Part shown: in pieces, positions 10,806 to 19,765 of the stretch
Layout of the letters: every line of letters starts with the position of its first letter
Numbering within the stretch: the first letter of the stretch is position 1
Assembly: GCA_021817225.1 (NCBI GenBank)
Contig: JAKAVR010000001.1
Span: 72,002-136,001 of the forward strand
Origin: Thermoplasmata archaeon
Lineage (GTDB): Archaea; Thermoplasmatota; Thermoplasmata; Sysuiplasmatales; Sysuiplasmataceae
Reading direction: 5' to 3'
DNA: 64,000 nt
Program-made: the position numbers and the translations under genes
Notes under the pieces: generated by a model
What the model was told of the DNA's origin: nothing
Databases searched by the model: none
Seen by the model: only the letters and a program-made list of their open reading frames with translations

Positions 10806-12413
10806 CTAGGCATCCGCGATTCTCGATATTGGTTTTTGGTGATTTTCGGGGTCTTGACTACACGCTTTCGAAAGTATTCCGTACACAATCCCGGCTATCT
10901 GGTACGCGAGATAAGGCGGAACTGCATTTCCTATCTGTATGTACTGCTCCGTTCTGCTACCTTCGAAGTAATAATTATCTGGAAATGTCTGTATGCGAGC
11001 TGCCTCTCTGACTGTAAGGCTCCGACATTGCCTTGGATCGGGATGAATGTAGTAGTGGCCATCTTTGCTTATGTGAGACATTATTGTAGTCGCTGGTCTT
11101 GTACTCACTTGCACCCGGAACCTGTCAGTAAAACTGTTCTTGACTTTAGCTGACTTCTTCGCACTTTTATGTTTTGGTTTCAATTCCTTCGGAAAATCTC
11201 TCAGAGTTGGGCTTTTCTTGTTCACCTTGGCGTAACAGGCTGCATAAAAGTACCTGTAGAGATCCCTACGCATGTGAGATCGCGCAGTGTGATTGCACAC
11301 ACCTTGCATCCGGAGATCGCAATACCATTTATTGAGGTAGGCCGTAGGATATTGACCCTTAATGAAGTCACATCCGGTTCCTGCAGCGGGCGGCCGTATC
11401 ATTCTCAACTGGTTTACCATGTAATCCCTCAATTTGTTCCCACATGGTCTCTGGATTATTGACCCCATCCAAGAGCGATCTTCTTGATTCCTCAACAATT
11501 TCAGCCATTTTGCATCAGAATCCGCGCTCTGTGAATACATACTTCTCAACTTTGGTAATCCTCCAATAACCTTTGATATTGGAATTTCATCCTGTAAGGC
11601 TAGACCCCCCGGATTCTGGACATTCAGATCATTCCTTATTCCCAGCAGAATGACTCTGTGTCTCGATTGGGGGATACCGTGCAATTCGGATTTCACCACC
11701 GCAGTGTAGGGAGAATTGTCGTCAATTAGTCCCTCGCTGGTCAATGAGTATATGGAATATGTATGATGATAGCTTTCAAGCGTATCACGTCCCTCTCTTT
11801 CAAGTGCTTCAGCAGGATTGCGCAGATCGCCAAGCATTCTGCCGAATATTCCCTGTTCCTTGAAAGTTGCCGAGAGCAATCCCTTTACATTTTCCATAAT
11901 GAAAACAGCAGGTTTGTGATCTGACAATATCTGAAGGTATTCCACGTACAGTTTCTGTCTGACATCTTTTTCAGGATCATATTTGGGGTTGCCAGCGTTC
12001 CTAGATCTACCTGCGAGAGAATACGCCTGACAAGGTGGTCCGCCGATCAAAACACTATTGTCTGTCCGCTGCAATCGGTCGTTGATTTTACTGCGTATGT
12101 CCATTATCGTTTTTCGGTCGGCTCCTATTGAGGCTTTCAAGCTCCTTTCAGCTGCGGCTTTGGCTGCGACTGGATAAGATGCATAGAGGGCATCAATCCC
12201 GATTTCTCTACGTAAGTATTGATAATATTCTTCAGGTATATGGGGCCAAGAAAGGTGAAAAAACGATCTCAGCTTGAGAGTTCTGAAAGCATAATCTTCC
12301 TTCTCTATCGATAATACAATTTCAAATTTCCTATCTCCCTGTGCATCAGCAAACGACGAAAATCCCTCGCCGAGCCCGCCGGGGCCAGCAAAAAGGTCGA
12401 CAACTTTGAACAT
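10806..12413 (-). CDS. dcm: DNA (cytosine-5)-methyltransferase
   Basis: 535 aa. Motif I 'VVDLFAGPGGLGEGF', motif IV 'GGPPCQAYSLAGR', motif VI 'ENVKGL', motif X 'QIGNAVPPYLAYQI'. Confidence 0.85.
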   Translation of the reverse strand: MFKVVDLFAGPGGLGEGFSSFADAQGDRKFEIVLSIEKEDYAFRTLKLRSFFHLSWPHIPEEYYQYLRREIGIDALYASYPVAAKAAAERSLKASIGADRKTIMDIRSKINDRLQRTDNSVLIGGPPCQAYSLAGRSRNAGNPKYDPEKDVRQKLYVEYLQILSDHKPAVFIMENVKGLLSATFKEQGIFGRMLGDLRNPAEALEREGRDTLESYHHTYSIYSLTSEGLIDDNSPYTAVVKSELHGIPQSRHRVILLGIRNDLNVQNPGGLALQDEIPISKVIGGLPKLRSMYSQSADSDAKWLKLLRNQEDRSWMGSIIQRPCGNKLRDYMVNQLRMIRPPAAGTGCDFIKGQYPTAYLNKWYCDLRMQGVCNHTARSHMRRDLYRYFYAACYAKVNKKSPTLRDFPKELKPKHKSAKKSAKVKNSFTDRFRVQVSTRPATTIMSHISKDGHYYIHPDPRQCRSLTVREAARIQTFPDNYYFEGSRTEQYIQIGNAVPPYLAYQIAGIVYGILSKACSQDPENHQKPISRIADA

Positions 12414-12580
12414 TGCTCATGCAACCCAAACGCTGGAGCCTCTTGGCTTCATTCGGCGTTCGTACGCAAGCATAGGTAACATGCCACATTTTGGAATCCA
12501 GTCAACAAATAGGCTTGTCTGGTACTTGAGGGCTATATGATTAACGTGCAATGGCACTGATGCCGGATCAAGCAGAATGC

Positions 12581-12880
12581 TCACCCCATAAGGACTTCGT
12601 CCATCTTTTTCAGCAATTCGGCAACCTTCTTACCTTTTTGCGTCAGGTTCAACATGTTTCTTGGAGGGTACGAAGAGGTATCTCGCCGGACTGTAATCAC
12701 ACCCAATTCCTTTGCCTTTTCAACAGATGCATATAACGGGTTGGGATATAGATGATACTCGTCGATAAGTTTCTGGAAGTTTATCTCTCCTGCGTGGTTT
12801 AGAATCACCAGGAGCCGAAGCAGACTTGACTGGCGTTCAAAAGGTTTCAGGTTTTCTCCTAGCATAGGCATTGTTTCCAT
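12581..12880 (-). CDS. small winged-helix DNA-binding protein (element-borne regulator)
   Basis: 99 aa with HTH-like 'NFQKLIDEYHLYPNPLYASVEKAKELGVITV'. Sits between dcm and the integrase. Confidence 0.35.
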   Translation of the reverse strand: METMPMLGENLKPFERQSSLLRLLVILNHAGEINFQKLIDEYHLYPNPLYASVEKAKELGVITVRRDTSSYPPRNMLNLTQKGKKVAELLKKMDEVLMG

Positions 12881-13173
12881 AAGTAATTAGTATTTAATTA
12901 CCCTTGCTTACTTATCGGATATGTTAGTGATAAGTATTTATAGAGAATGGATATTACTTATAGTAGTGATAAGTACGGCAAGAAGCCAGATACGGAATTG
13001 GCTCCTCATTCTTGAAGACGAATATCAGCTAGACGTTTCATCATACCCTGAGAGAATAGAGCTCAAGAAATCGATAAATCAAATTCGTCTGAGAGAACTG
13101 TGCCAGACCCTCAGAATTTACGGGTACCTCTACACGGATCCACTGAAGGCCTTTCTGAAGGGGGAGTCTGCTC

Positions 13174-13428
13174 GTGAAGTTTGATCGAACGCTTCAGAGG
13201 AGTTGCAGGGGATGTGGCTTCTATTACCTTTCACCGGCTGAGAAATGGTGTTGTTCATGGTTGAGTGATTTCACGGTCACAGCCATGATTACTGATGGAG
13301 GTAACGCTGTATACTATCTGGGACTGGATGATGACAGACCCTGGTTGAAGTTGAAAGACCTCAAATTCTGTCCTTTTTGCGGAGATCGATTCGAACTTTC
13401 ATCCAACAGGGTAGAAATTGAGAGGTGA
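13174..13428 (+). CDS. small Zn-ribbon protein
   Basis: 84 aa with 'CRGCGFYY' and 'CPFCGDRF' CxxC pairs. 4-nt overlap with the integrase start. Confidence 0.35.
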   Translation: MKFDRTLQRSCRGCGFYYLSPAEKWCCSWLSDFTVTAMITDGGNAVYYLGLDDDRPWLKLKDLKFCPFCGDRFELSSNRVEIER

Positions 13429-14429
13429 ACAAAATGGACACGCCGAATGATCATGCGCAGTTCAGGCAAAAACTCAATGAATTCCGATTGTGGGCTTCAG
13501 GGTGCGGCCGATTCTCATTCTCGACAGTTGCCCGCCAGGTGAGACGCCTTCAATATATATCAAAACATATGGACCTCCTAGAATTCAATCTGTCTGATAT
13601 TTACACCTACATTGAAGCAGAACTCAAGAAAGGAAAGAAGAAGAAGTCTGTAAACAACGACATGAAGGATGTCCAGGCATGGCTCGATTTCCTTGGCAAG
13701 CATATAGACCTTCCACGGTTCAAGGGAGAACCAGCTCCAGAACCCTGGATGCCCACGGATGACCAGCTCTCACAGATAATCCGTTACTGCCGGAAGAATT
13801 CAAACAAGGGCTTGGCAAAACGCAACGAACTGATGTTTGAAATACTTGCATTCGGGGGTCTGCGTATTGGCGAGATGCTTGGGCTGAATATCGAGGATGT
13901 TACTCAAAGAGGCATCTATGTACGTTCAGAGAAAGGTGAACGGGATCGGACCGTAGGCCTTCCGGATGGCCTAATCATCTCCCTCGAGGAATACATTCAT
14001 GCATACCGCTACAACACGGATCCCAAAGCCCTGTTTACAAGCAGTCGCGGGAGAATAGAATACAATTACACAAGGAACCTGATCAAGAGAATTGGCATCG
14101 CGCTGGGTATGCCTCTTCTTCACGCACATGCACTAAGACATTATTGTGCCACAAGCCTGTTGAAAGGCTTCTTTGGCTCTGAACCGCTCGACATCAGGGA
14201 GGTTCAAATCCATCTGGGACATGCCCGCATCGAGACGACAGCAATTTATACTCATATTTCGCAAAAGGAGGTGGCGGAGCATGTGCGACTCCGCTACAAT
14301 TCCTTCTTTCCAGACAGTCACGGGCAAGGAGAAACGGAAATCGTAATTGCAGAAGAGGTGACAGGTTCGTATCCCAGTGAATCCGAACCAGAACTATGTG
14401 CGGCTGCCGGGATTCGAACCCGAGTTTGA
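13425..14429 (+). CDS. int: tyrosine recombinase / integrase
   Basis: 334 aa with catalytic-region motifs 'ARHYCATSLL', 'HLGHARIETTAIYTHIS' (R..HxxR..Y). The last ~31 nt overlap the 3' half of tRNA-Gly. Confidence 0.85.
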   Translation: MNKMDTPNDHAQFRQKLNEFRLWASGCGRFSFSTVARQVRRLQYISKHMDLLEFNLSDIYTYIEAELKKGKKKKSVNNDMKDVQAWLDFLGKHIDLPRFKGEPAPEPWMPTDDQLSQIIRYCRKNSNKGLAKRNELMFEILAFGGLRIGEMLGLNIEDVTQRGIYVRSEKGERDRTVGLPDGLIISLEEYIHAYRYNTDPKALFTSSRGRIEYNYTRNLIKRIGIALGMPLLHAHALRHYCATSLLKGFFGSEPLDIREVQIHLGHARIETTAIYTHISQKEVAEHVRLRYNSFFPDSHGQGETEIVIAEEVTGSYPSESEPELCAAAGIRTRV

Positions 14430-14469
14430 AGCTTGGGAAGCTTCAGTCCTACCACTAGACTACAGCCGC
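14399..14469 (-). tRNA. tRNA-Gly(CCC)
   Basis: The minus-strand read GCGGCTGTAGTCTAGTGGTAGGACTGAAGCTTCCCAAGCTTCAAACTCGGGTTCGAATCCCGGCAGCCGCA folds as a canonical cloverleaf. 7-bp acceptor, D-arm GTCT/GGAC, anticodon loop TTCCCAA, T-loop TTCGAAT. Confidence 0.85.
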
Positions 14470-15042
14470 TTGACTTCCCATGGGGGTCAGGCACTGTTAG
14501 GCGCTGAACCAAAAGATGTGAAACGTAGCTCTCTATTTAAATCCAGTCAGCATGAACGCTTCGCTGAATTGATGAAACAATACTGCCCATCAGCCGCCAA
14601 GAAGTCGCTCATATTCGCGAGGCTTGTAATCTTCACAATCTGGCGCTTTGCGTGCCTGTAGCACATTTGTGTAACGGTACGCGGGATGATGGCCAGAGTC
14701 ATATTGATAGGGCCCGCATCGAGACAGGGGAAATCCCTCGTGGTACTTTGGCCTGACTCATTGTTGCCATGGGAGCTTTGGTCAGAATCGGCAGTGCGAC
14801 AGCCGATATTAAGCGGATGTGAGTCATGTGTGAAATTCAGTGGCTCGTTATAGGAACATTGATGCCCGGGGCACTGTAGCAGCGCACCGGGAGACTCGTA
14901 TACAGTGCAGCTCAACTCGTTACCTCGATGCTTCGGACACATGCCAGGAGGCTTTATGAAAAAAGCGCATACATCGAAACAGGAGAGTGATTGATAATGG
15001 ACATGCAGGCTGCGTACTCCGGCACACAGCCTTAAATGCCGT

Positions 15043-15315
15043 TTATTTCAGCGTTTCAAGCTGGCTCATTATGTTCCAGATTATTGTCCTGCCGTGAAGC
15101 GGAATATTCGGGTCGTTTGCAAGTTCATCCAGAATTATGTTTGCACTCGCCGAACGCACGTCGAGAGCTTCCGTCTTTGACATGAGTTTGTTGATTGCCT
15201 CGGTTGCGCCCTTTCTTATGTTTCTGGGGACAGAAGTGTCTTCTGCAAGCTGGTTCAGTACGTCAATTATCTGCTTGAGCCTCTCATCATTGGTCATGAT
15301 CAGTTCACCGTCCAT
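15043..15315 (-). CDS. UPF0147-family small conserved archaeal protein
   Basis: 90 aa helical protein resembling the UPF0147 family ('LKQIIDVLNQLAEDTSVPRNIRKGATEAINKL'). Confidence 0.5.
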   Translation of the reverse strand: MDGELIMTNDERLKQIIDVLNQLAEDTSVPRNIRKGATEAINKLMSKTEALDVRSASANIILDELANDPNIPLHGRTIIWNIMSQLETLK

Positions 15316-15476
15316 GGGGGAGTCCTTCCTTCTACTGTTCGTTCAAATGTAAAGTCTCTCTCTATATTAGCTTTCCATCTGACACACAGTTCCGATGAAG
15401 ACCTGGCGGCTTATTAAAAGGCTTCCGAGGCTGACAACGCCCTGGCCAGCCCGGCATTCTCCGGACTTCGGCCCTG

Positions 15477-15806
15477 TTATCTGGGGACTCCTATGTCTTC
15501 GATTTGCCCGTTCTCCTTGAAGGCCGTGACAACCATCATTGTTTTTGTTTCCTTGACACCCTTTATCGCACCAAGCGTGTCGACAAGGAAACGTTTGACA
15601 TTCGAATAGTTCTTGAATTTCGCCTTTACCACTATGTCTGCGTCGCCAGTTACCATGTAGACGTCAAATATCGCCTCGTGCTTTGCAACAGTCATTGCAA
15701 TGCTGTCGGCCTCCTTTGTGTCAACCTTGAGCTGTACAATGGCTGTGACCGCTTCGTCGCCGTAGAATGAACTCATCACTTCTTCTATGTCCGGTTTATC
15801 CTTCAA
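15477..15806 (-). CDS. stand-alone Lrp/AsnC-type RAM (ligand-binding) domain protein
   Basis: 109 aa. 'YMVTGDADIVVKAKFKNYSNVKRFLVDTLGAIKGVKETKTMMV' matches the AsnC C-terminal domain. No HTH is present. Confidence 0.5.
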   Translation of the reverse strand: MKDKPDIEEVMSSFYGDEAVTAIVQLKVDTKEADSIAMTVAKHEAIFDVYMVTGDADIVVKAKFKNYSNVKRFLVDTLGAIKGVKETKTMMVVTAFKENGQIEDIGVPR

Positions 15807-15816
15807 GTTATGCGCC

Positions 15817-16092
15817 TCACTTCTTCTTCAAGGCATCCTTCGCTCTCTTGACCGCTGCCTTTTCCATATTCCTGAGATCCTTTGTCATTTCAGGAATAGC
15901 TTTCTCAAAGGCCGCCGCAATGGCGTCCGCCAGATTCATCAGATCCTTTCCCAGAGGCTTGGCATCCCTTGCCATCACTACGGCGCCCTCAGAGGCTTTT
16001 TTCAGCGCATTGATACCTTTTTTTACCTGCTTCTGGGCATCCTCGACAGACTTCTTGAGCATCTTAACCGTTCTGTCTTCGCGTGCTGTCAT
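15817..16092 (-). CDS. hypothetical small coiled-coil protein
   Basis: 91 aa, K/A/E-rich helical sequence, translationally coupled with the RAM-domain gene. Confidence 0.3.
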   Translation of the reverse strand: MTAREDRTVKMLKKSVEDAQKQVKKGINALKKASEGAVVMARDAKPLGKDLMNLADAIAAAFEKAIPEMTKDLRNMEKAAVKRAKDALKKK

Positions 16093-16184
16093 ATCCCCTC
16101 CATATGACCTCCGTCACTTTATCTCTTTTGCATGCATTTTGCCCATGTAACAAACTTTAACTGATAATGCACATTTAATCACCA

Positions 16185-17249
16185 ATGGTCGCGATATTCC
16201 AGAAGAGCGCAGCAGTCATAAACGATGAATCCGAGGCAAGCAGGATACATAACAAGGGCTGTTACGGGGAACCACAGAGCGGCGGCTCACTCAAACTGAA
16301 CCTCCTGGAGACGCTCTATCTCTTCGAAAGTGAAAGACTCAGCGTAGCCGACCAGGAGGGTCAAGTCATGGACTTCGGCCAGCTGCTTACCTATGCTTCG
16401 AGGAGAATCTCGAATTTTGAGGTCCGTTACATTGCATACTGTGACATGAGGAAAAGAGGGCTGATTGTCAATCTTGCCGAGGGCAAGCCGGAGGGCATAG
16501 ATTTCCTTCTTTACGGCCGCGGGGAGACGCCGAAGAATTCATCGCCCAGGGCATTTGTCCTTACGATTTCGGAGCGCTCTCTTTTTGATCTCGACGATCT
16601 CTTTTCAATCTGCGAAGGCGCAGAGGGAACAGGCAAGGATGTAATCCTGTCAGTTGTGGATGAAGAGGGGGATATCACTTACTACAGGATCAAGATAGCC
16701 CAGCCATCAGCAAGGATGCGGGAGAGCTTCGATGCAGTCTTTCAGGGAATAGCTCTCGTCGACAGGGTTGTTGTAAGCGATGCCGAGGCGGCGGACAAGA
16801 TAAGGAAGACAGGGTTCTATGGAAACGCCATGGGTCCCGGTCTGCAGATTTCACTGCTCGAAGCAGTCCATCTGATGATGAAGAAGGCGCTGAAGGTACG
16901 AAGTGCAAAGACCGGGAAAAACGCGACCCTTGGTTCAGTCACTGAGGCGGCAGCAAGGATTGATCCAGAATTTGAACAGAAGCTGGGGGTATACCAGGAC
17001 CTGAAGGATCGCGGTTTTGCGGTCAAGACAGGTTTCAAGTACGGCTCGCATTTCAGGGCATACGATTCCGATCCTGAGAAAGCACACGCCCGCTTCCTTG
17101 TTCATGCTGTGACCAGGGGATTCATGTCCACATGGCCCGAGATATCGAGGGCGGTTAGGGTCGCCCACGGTGTCCGGAAGGAAATACTGTTTGCAAGGGT
17201 GGGAAATTCAGGCGTGCAGTATCTGGAGCTGAGTCGCCATTTGCCCTGA
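16185..17249 (+). CDS. endA: tRNA-splicing endonuclease (two-repeat single polypeptide)
   Basis: 354 aa. N-terminal 'KGCYGE...LETLYLF' and C-terminal 'GFKYGSHFRAYDSDPEKAHARFLVHAV' catalytic region. Confidence 0.8.
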   Translation: MVAIFQKSAAVINDESEASRIHNKGCYGEPQSGGSLKLNLLETLYLFESERLSVADQEGQVMDFGQLLTYASRRISNFEVRYIAYCDMRKRGLIVNLAEGKPEGIDFLLYGRGETPKNSSPRAFVLTISERSLFDLDDLFSICEGAEGTGKDVILSVVDEEGDITYYRIKIAQPSARMRESFDAVFQGIALVDRVVVSDAEAADKIRKTGFYGNAMGPGLQISLLEAVHLMMKKALKVRSAKTGKNATLGSVTEAAARIDPEFEQKLGVYQDLKDRGFAVKTGFKYGSHFRAYDSDPEKAHARFLVHAVTRGFMSTWPEISRAVRVAHGVRKEILFARVGNSGVQYLELSRHLP

Positions 17250-17257
17250 ATTCTCAA

Positions 17258-18241
17258 TCAGAGTTCCACTTCTATGCCCAGCTTCTCTGTCAGTTCCTTG
17301 TACCTGTTCCTGATTGTCACCTCGGTGACACCAGCCACATTTGCAACTTCACGCTGCGTCCTCCTCTCATTGGCTATTATGGAGGAAACGTAGATTGCAG
17401 CAGCGGCGACCCCTGTCGGTCCCCTTCCAGAGGTAAGCTCCCTCTTTCCAGCTTCCTTCAGTATCTCCGCCGCCTTCGACTGCACGTCCCCGCTGAGTTT
17501 AAGCTCGCTGCAGAACCTGGATACATAGTCCTGCGGCTTGGTTGGCATGAGCTTGAGTTTCAGTTCCCTTGTCATGAACCTGTAGGTCCTTCCTATTTCC
17601 TTCCTTCCGACCCTGCTTGATCCAGCGACTTCATCCAGCGTCCTTGGAACATTGCACTGCCTGCAGGCTGCGTAAAGCGATGCTGCCACAACCCCTTCAA
17701 TGCTTCTTCCCCTGATCAGATTGTTAGTGACAGCCTTCCTGTAGATCATTGCAGCCGTCTCCCTGACATTCCTGGGAAGTCCCATTGACGAGGCCATTCT
17801 GTCAAGTTCACCAAGGGCAAAGGCAAGGTTCCGCTCCGTCGCGTTGCTTACCCTGATTCTTCTCTGCCACTTCCTGAGTCTGTATAACTGCGCCCTGTTC
17901 CTGGTGGGTATGCTCTTTCCATAGCTGTCCTTGTTCTTCCATGAAATTTCAGTAGAGAGACCCTTGTCGTGTATCGTATATGTCATCGGGGCACCAGTTC
18001 GGGCCCTCTTTTCCCCTTGCTCGACGTCGAAAGCCCTCCATTCAGGTCCCTGGTCGATCAGCTGGTCATCTATCACCAGACCGCATTCCTCGCAGATGAG
18101 TTCGCCCCGCTCGTAGTCTCGAACCAGGTGAGTGCTACCGCACTCAGGGCATCTCTCAACTTCTTCCGTGCCTTCTCTTGTCTCCCTTGCTCTTGCCATC
18201 GGTCTCCCTTTCCTTGATGTAAAGTTCCAGGCCGCCGACAT
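17258..18241 (-). CDS. tfb: transcription initiation factor IIB (TFB)
   Basis: 327 aa with Zn ribbon '[24 protein letters not shown]' followed by two cyclin-like repeats. Confidence 0.9.
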   Translation of the reverse strand: MSAAWNFTSRKGRPMARARETREGTEEVERCPECGSTHLVRDYERGELICEECGLVIDDQLIDQGPEWRAFDVEQGEKRARTGAPMTYTIHDKGLSTEISWKNKDSYGKSIPTRNRAQLYRLRKWQRRIRVSNATERNLAFALGELDRMASSMGLPRNVRETAAMIYRKAVTNNLIRGRSIEGVVAASLYAACRQCNVPRTLDEVAGSSRVGRKEIGRTYRFMTRELKLKLMPTKPQDYVSRFCSELKLSGDVQSKAAEILKEAGKRELTSGRGPTGVAAAAIYVSSIIANERRTQREVANVAGVTEVTIRNRYKELTEKLGIEVEL

Positions 18242-18434
18242 GCTCCTTTCTGATCAGCCTGCTCGCACTGACGGAGATATATGGTTTGTCGACATTCCCG
18301 AAAATCTCGGCAACATAGCCTATTTCAGATCCTTTTCTGTCGTACACTCTCTCCCTTTCCTCAGGAGTGAAAGTGCCTGCAACCAAGACACGCCCCGAAG
18401 GGCTCTTGCACTTAGCTATTCCTAGGAGGCGCAT
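18156..18434 (-). CDS. gar1: H/ACA RNP protein Gar1
   Basis: '[22 protein letters not shown]...[21 protein letters not shown]' with a basic tail. The start was chosen at the internal Met. Overlaps the tfb 5' end. Confidence 0.65.
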   Translation of the reverse strand: MRLLGIAKCKSPSGRVLVAGTFTPEERERVYDRKGSEIGYVAEIFGNVDKPYISVSASRLIRKEHVGGLELYIKERETDGKSKGDKRRHGRS

Positions 18435-18439
18435 CGGTT

Positions 18440-18470
18440 CACAACTTGTATTTAAAAGATACGGCAAGTA
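18440..18470. promoter_or_regulatory. TATA-like elements in the divergent gar1-tfb / por intergenic region
   Basis: 'TATTTAAAAGATACGGCAAGTATAAAAGC' lies immediately upstream of gar1 (minus). A further 'CAGTATAAAG' at ~18820 lies ~45 nt upstream of porGD. Confidence 0.35.
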
Positions 18471-18871
18471 TAAAAGCTTAACCATCAACTTTTTTCTCAA
18501 CAGGTCTGAGGACCGGTTTCCGTTCGAAATCAGGCCAGACGAAGGCCATGTTGACGTGCATCATGCTTTCAAGTGACAGTGCCCTCTGCCGAGTGAAGCG
18601 TTGCATATCCCTGACATTTGCTATTCAGGCACCAGCAGCTCGGGATGGTGTGCTATCAATGCACAGACTTCCAGGCATGACAACATGTTGCTAAGAACTC
18701 GAATTGCCCACAGACACTCCTCATGACTCCTGCATCTCCAATGGGAAGTTGGAAACACTGTCACAGTTTGACATAAAATTCTGCTGCATCATAAAAAACT
18801 GTACGAACAAAAGACATACAGTATAAAGACAATATGTATAACCGATAATTTCCCATATAAATACGACTCGT

Positions 18872-19765
18872 ATGTTGTTACGTATACGATTCCACGGCAG
18901 AGGAGGGCAGGGTGGAAAGACAGCAAGCAGGATTCTCGGGAGCGCTGCCTTTGATGAGGGACTCAATGTCCAGGATTCGCCGGTCTATGGAGCCGAAAGA
19001 AGGGGAGCTCCTGTCACCGCGTTCACGCGTATCTCCGACGGAGAGATTCTGGAACGGGGATTCATATTCGACCCGGATGTTGTCATTGTCATGGACGAAA
19101 CGCTTCTCGAAGACCCTACAGCGAGTCCGCTTTCGGGCCTCAGGGAGGGCGGGATACTTTTTGTCAACAGTTCCAGAAAGCCCGATGAACTGAACGTGAA
19201 CCTTGACGGAGTGGAGGTGGTAACACTGAATATCACCGATATGGCTCTGGAACTGCTTGGAAAACCCATCCTGAGCACTGCTTCTGCGGCCGTGGCAGCC
19301 AAACTCATCTCGGTCGTTTCACCAGATGCCGTTACCTCAGCAGTGAGGGGCGAGCTTGGCGAGGGCAGTCTTTCTCCGGAAGCGATTCAAATGAATGTGG
19401 CGCTTGCCGGGAGGGCCTTCAGTCTGGTACCATCGTTCAAACTGTCAACGAAAGAGAACTACTCCCCCGGAACAGTGGTGCCTATAGGTGTGATAAGCGG
19501 AATGGAGGGAAGCGAGGACATACTGCTTGTCGGCAACTCTGCCCTGAGAAAGACCGGAGACTGGAGGATATATGCTCCCACGATCGACTATGAGAAGTGC
19601 ACAAACTGCATGATATGCTATGCCTACTGTCCCGAGTCGGCAATGGTCATAGAGACGGATGGAAGGCCAGTCATAGACATGGAGAATTGCAAGGGCTGTC
19701 TCATATGCTACAGGGAGTGTCCGACTAAGGCAATTTCGATTACAAGGGAGGTGCGTGCATTATGA
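18872..19765 (+). CDS. porGD: 2-oxoacid:ferredoxin oxidoreductase gamma-delta fusion subunit
   Basis: 297 aa. N-terminal 'IRFHGRGGQGG' gamma domain and C-terminal 2x[4Fe-4S] 'CTNCMICYAYCPE ... CKGCLICYRECP'. Confidence 0.8.
   Translation: MLLRIRFHGRGGQGGKTASRILGSAAFDEGLNVQDSPVYGAERRGAPVTAFTRISDGEILERGFIFDPDVVIVMDETLLEDPTASPLSGLREGGILFVNSSRKPDELNVNLDGVEVVTLNITDMALELLGKPILSTASAAVAAKLISVVSPDAVTSAVRGELGEGSLSPEAIQMNVALAGRAFSLVPSFKLSTKENYSPGTVVPIGVISGMEGSEDILLVGNSALRKTGDWRIYAPTIDYEKCTNCMICYAYCPESAMVIETDGRPVIDMENCKGCLICYRECPTKAISITREVRAL

Noticed and set aside
14700-14900. SRP (7S) RNA next to tRNA-Gly
   Set aside because: I looked for the helix-8 'GGAAGGGAGCA'-type motif and an Alu-domain start on both strands and found no convincing match.
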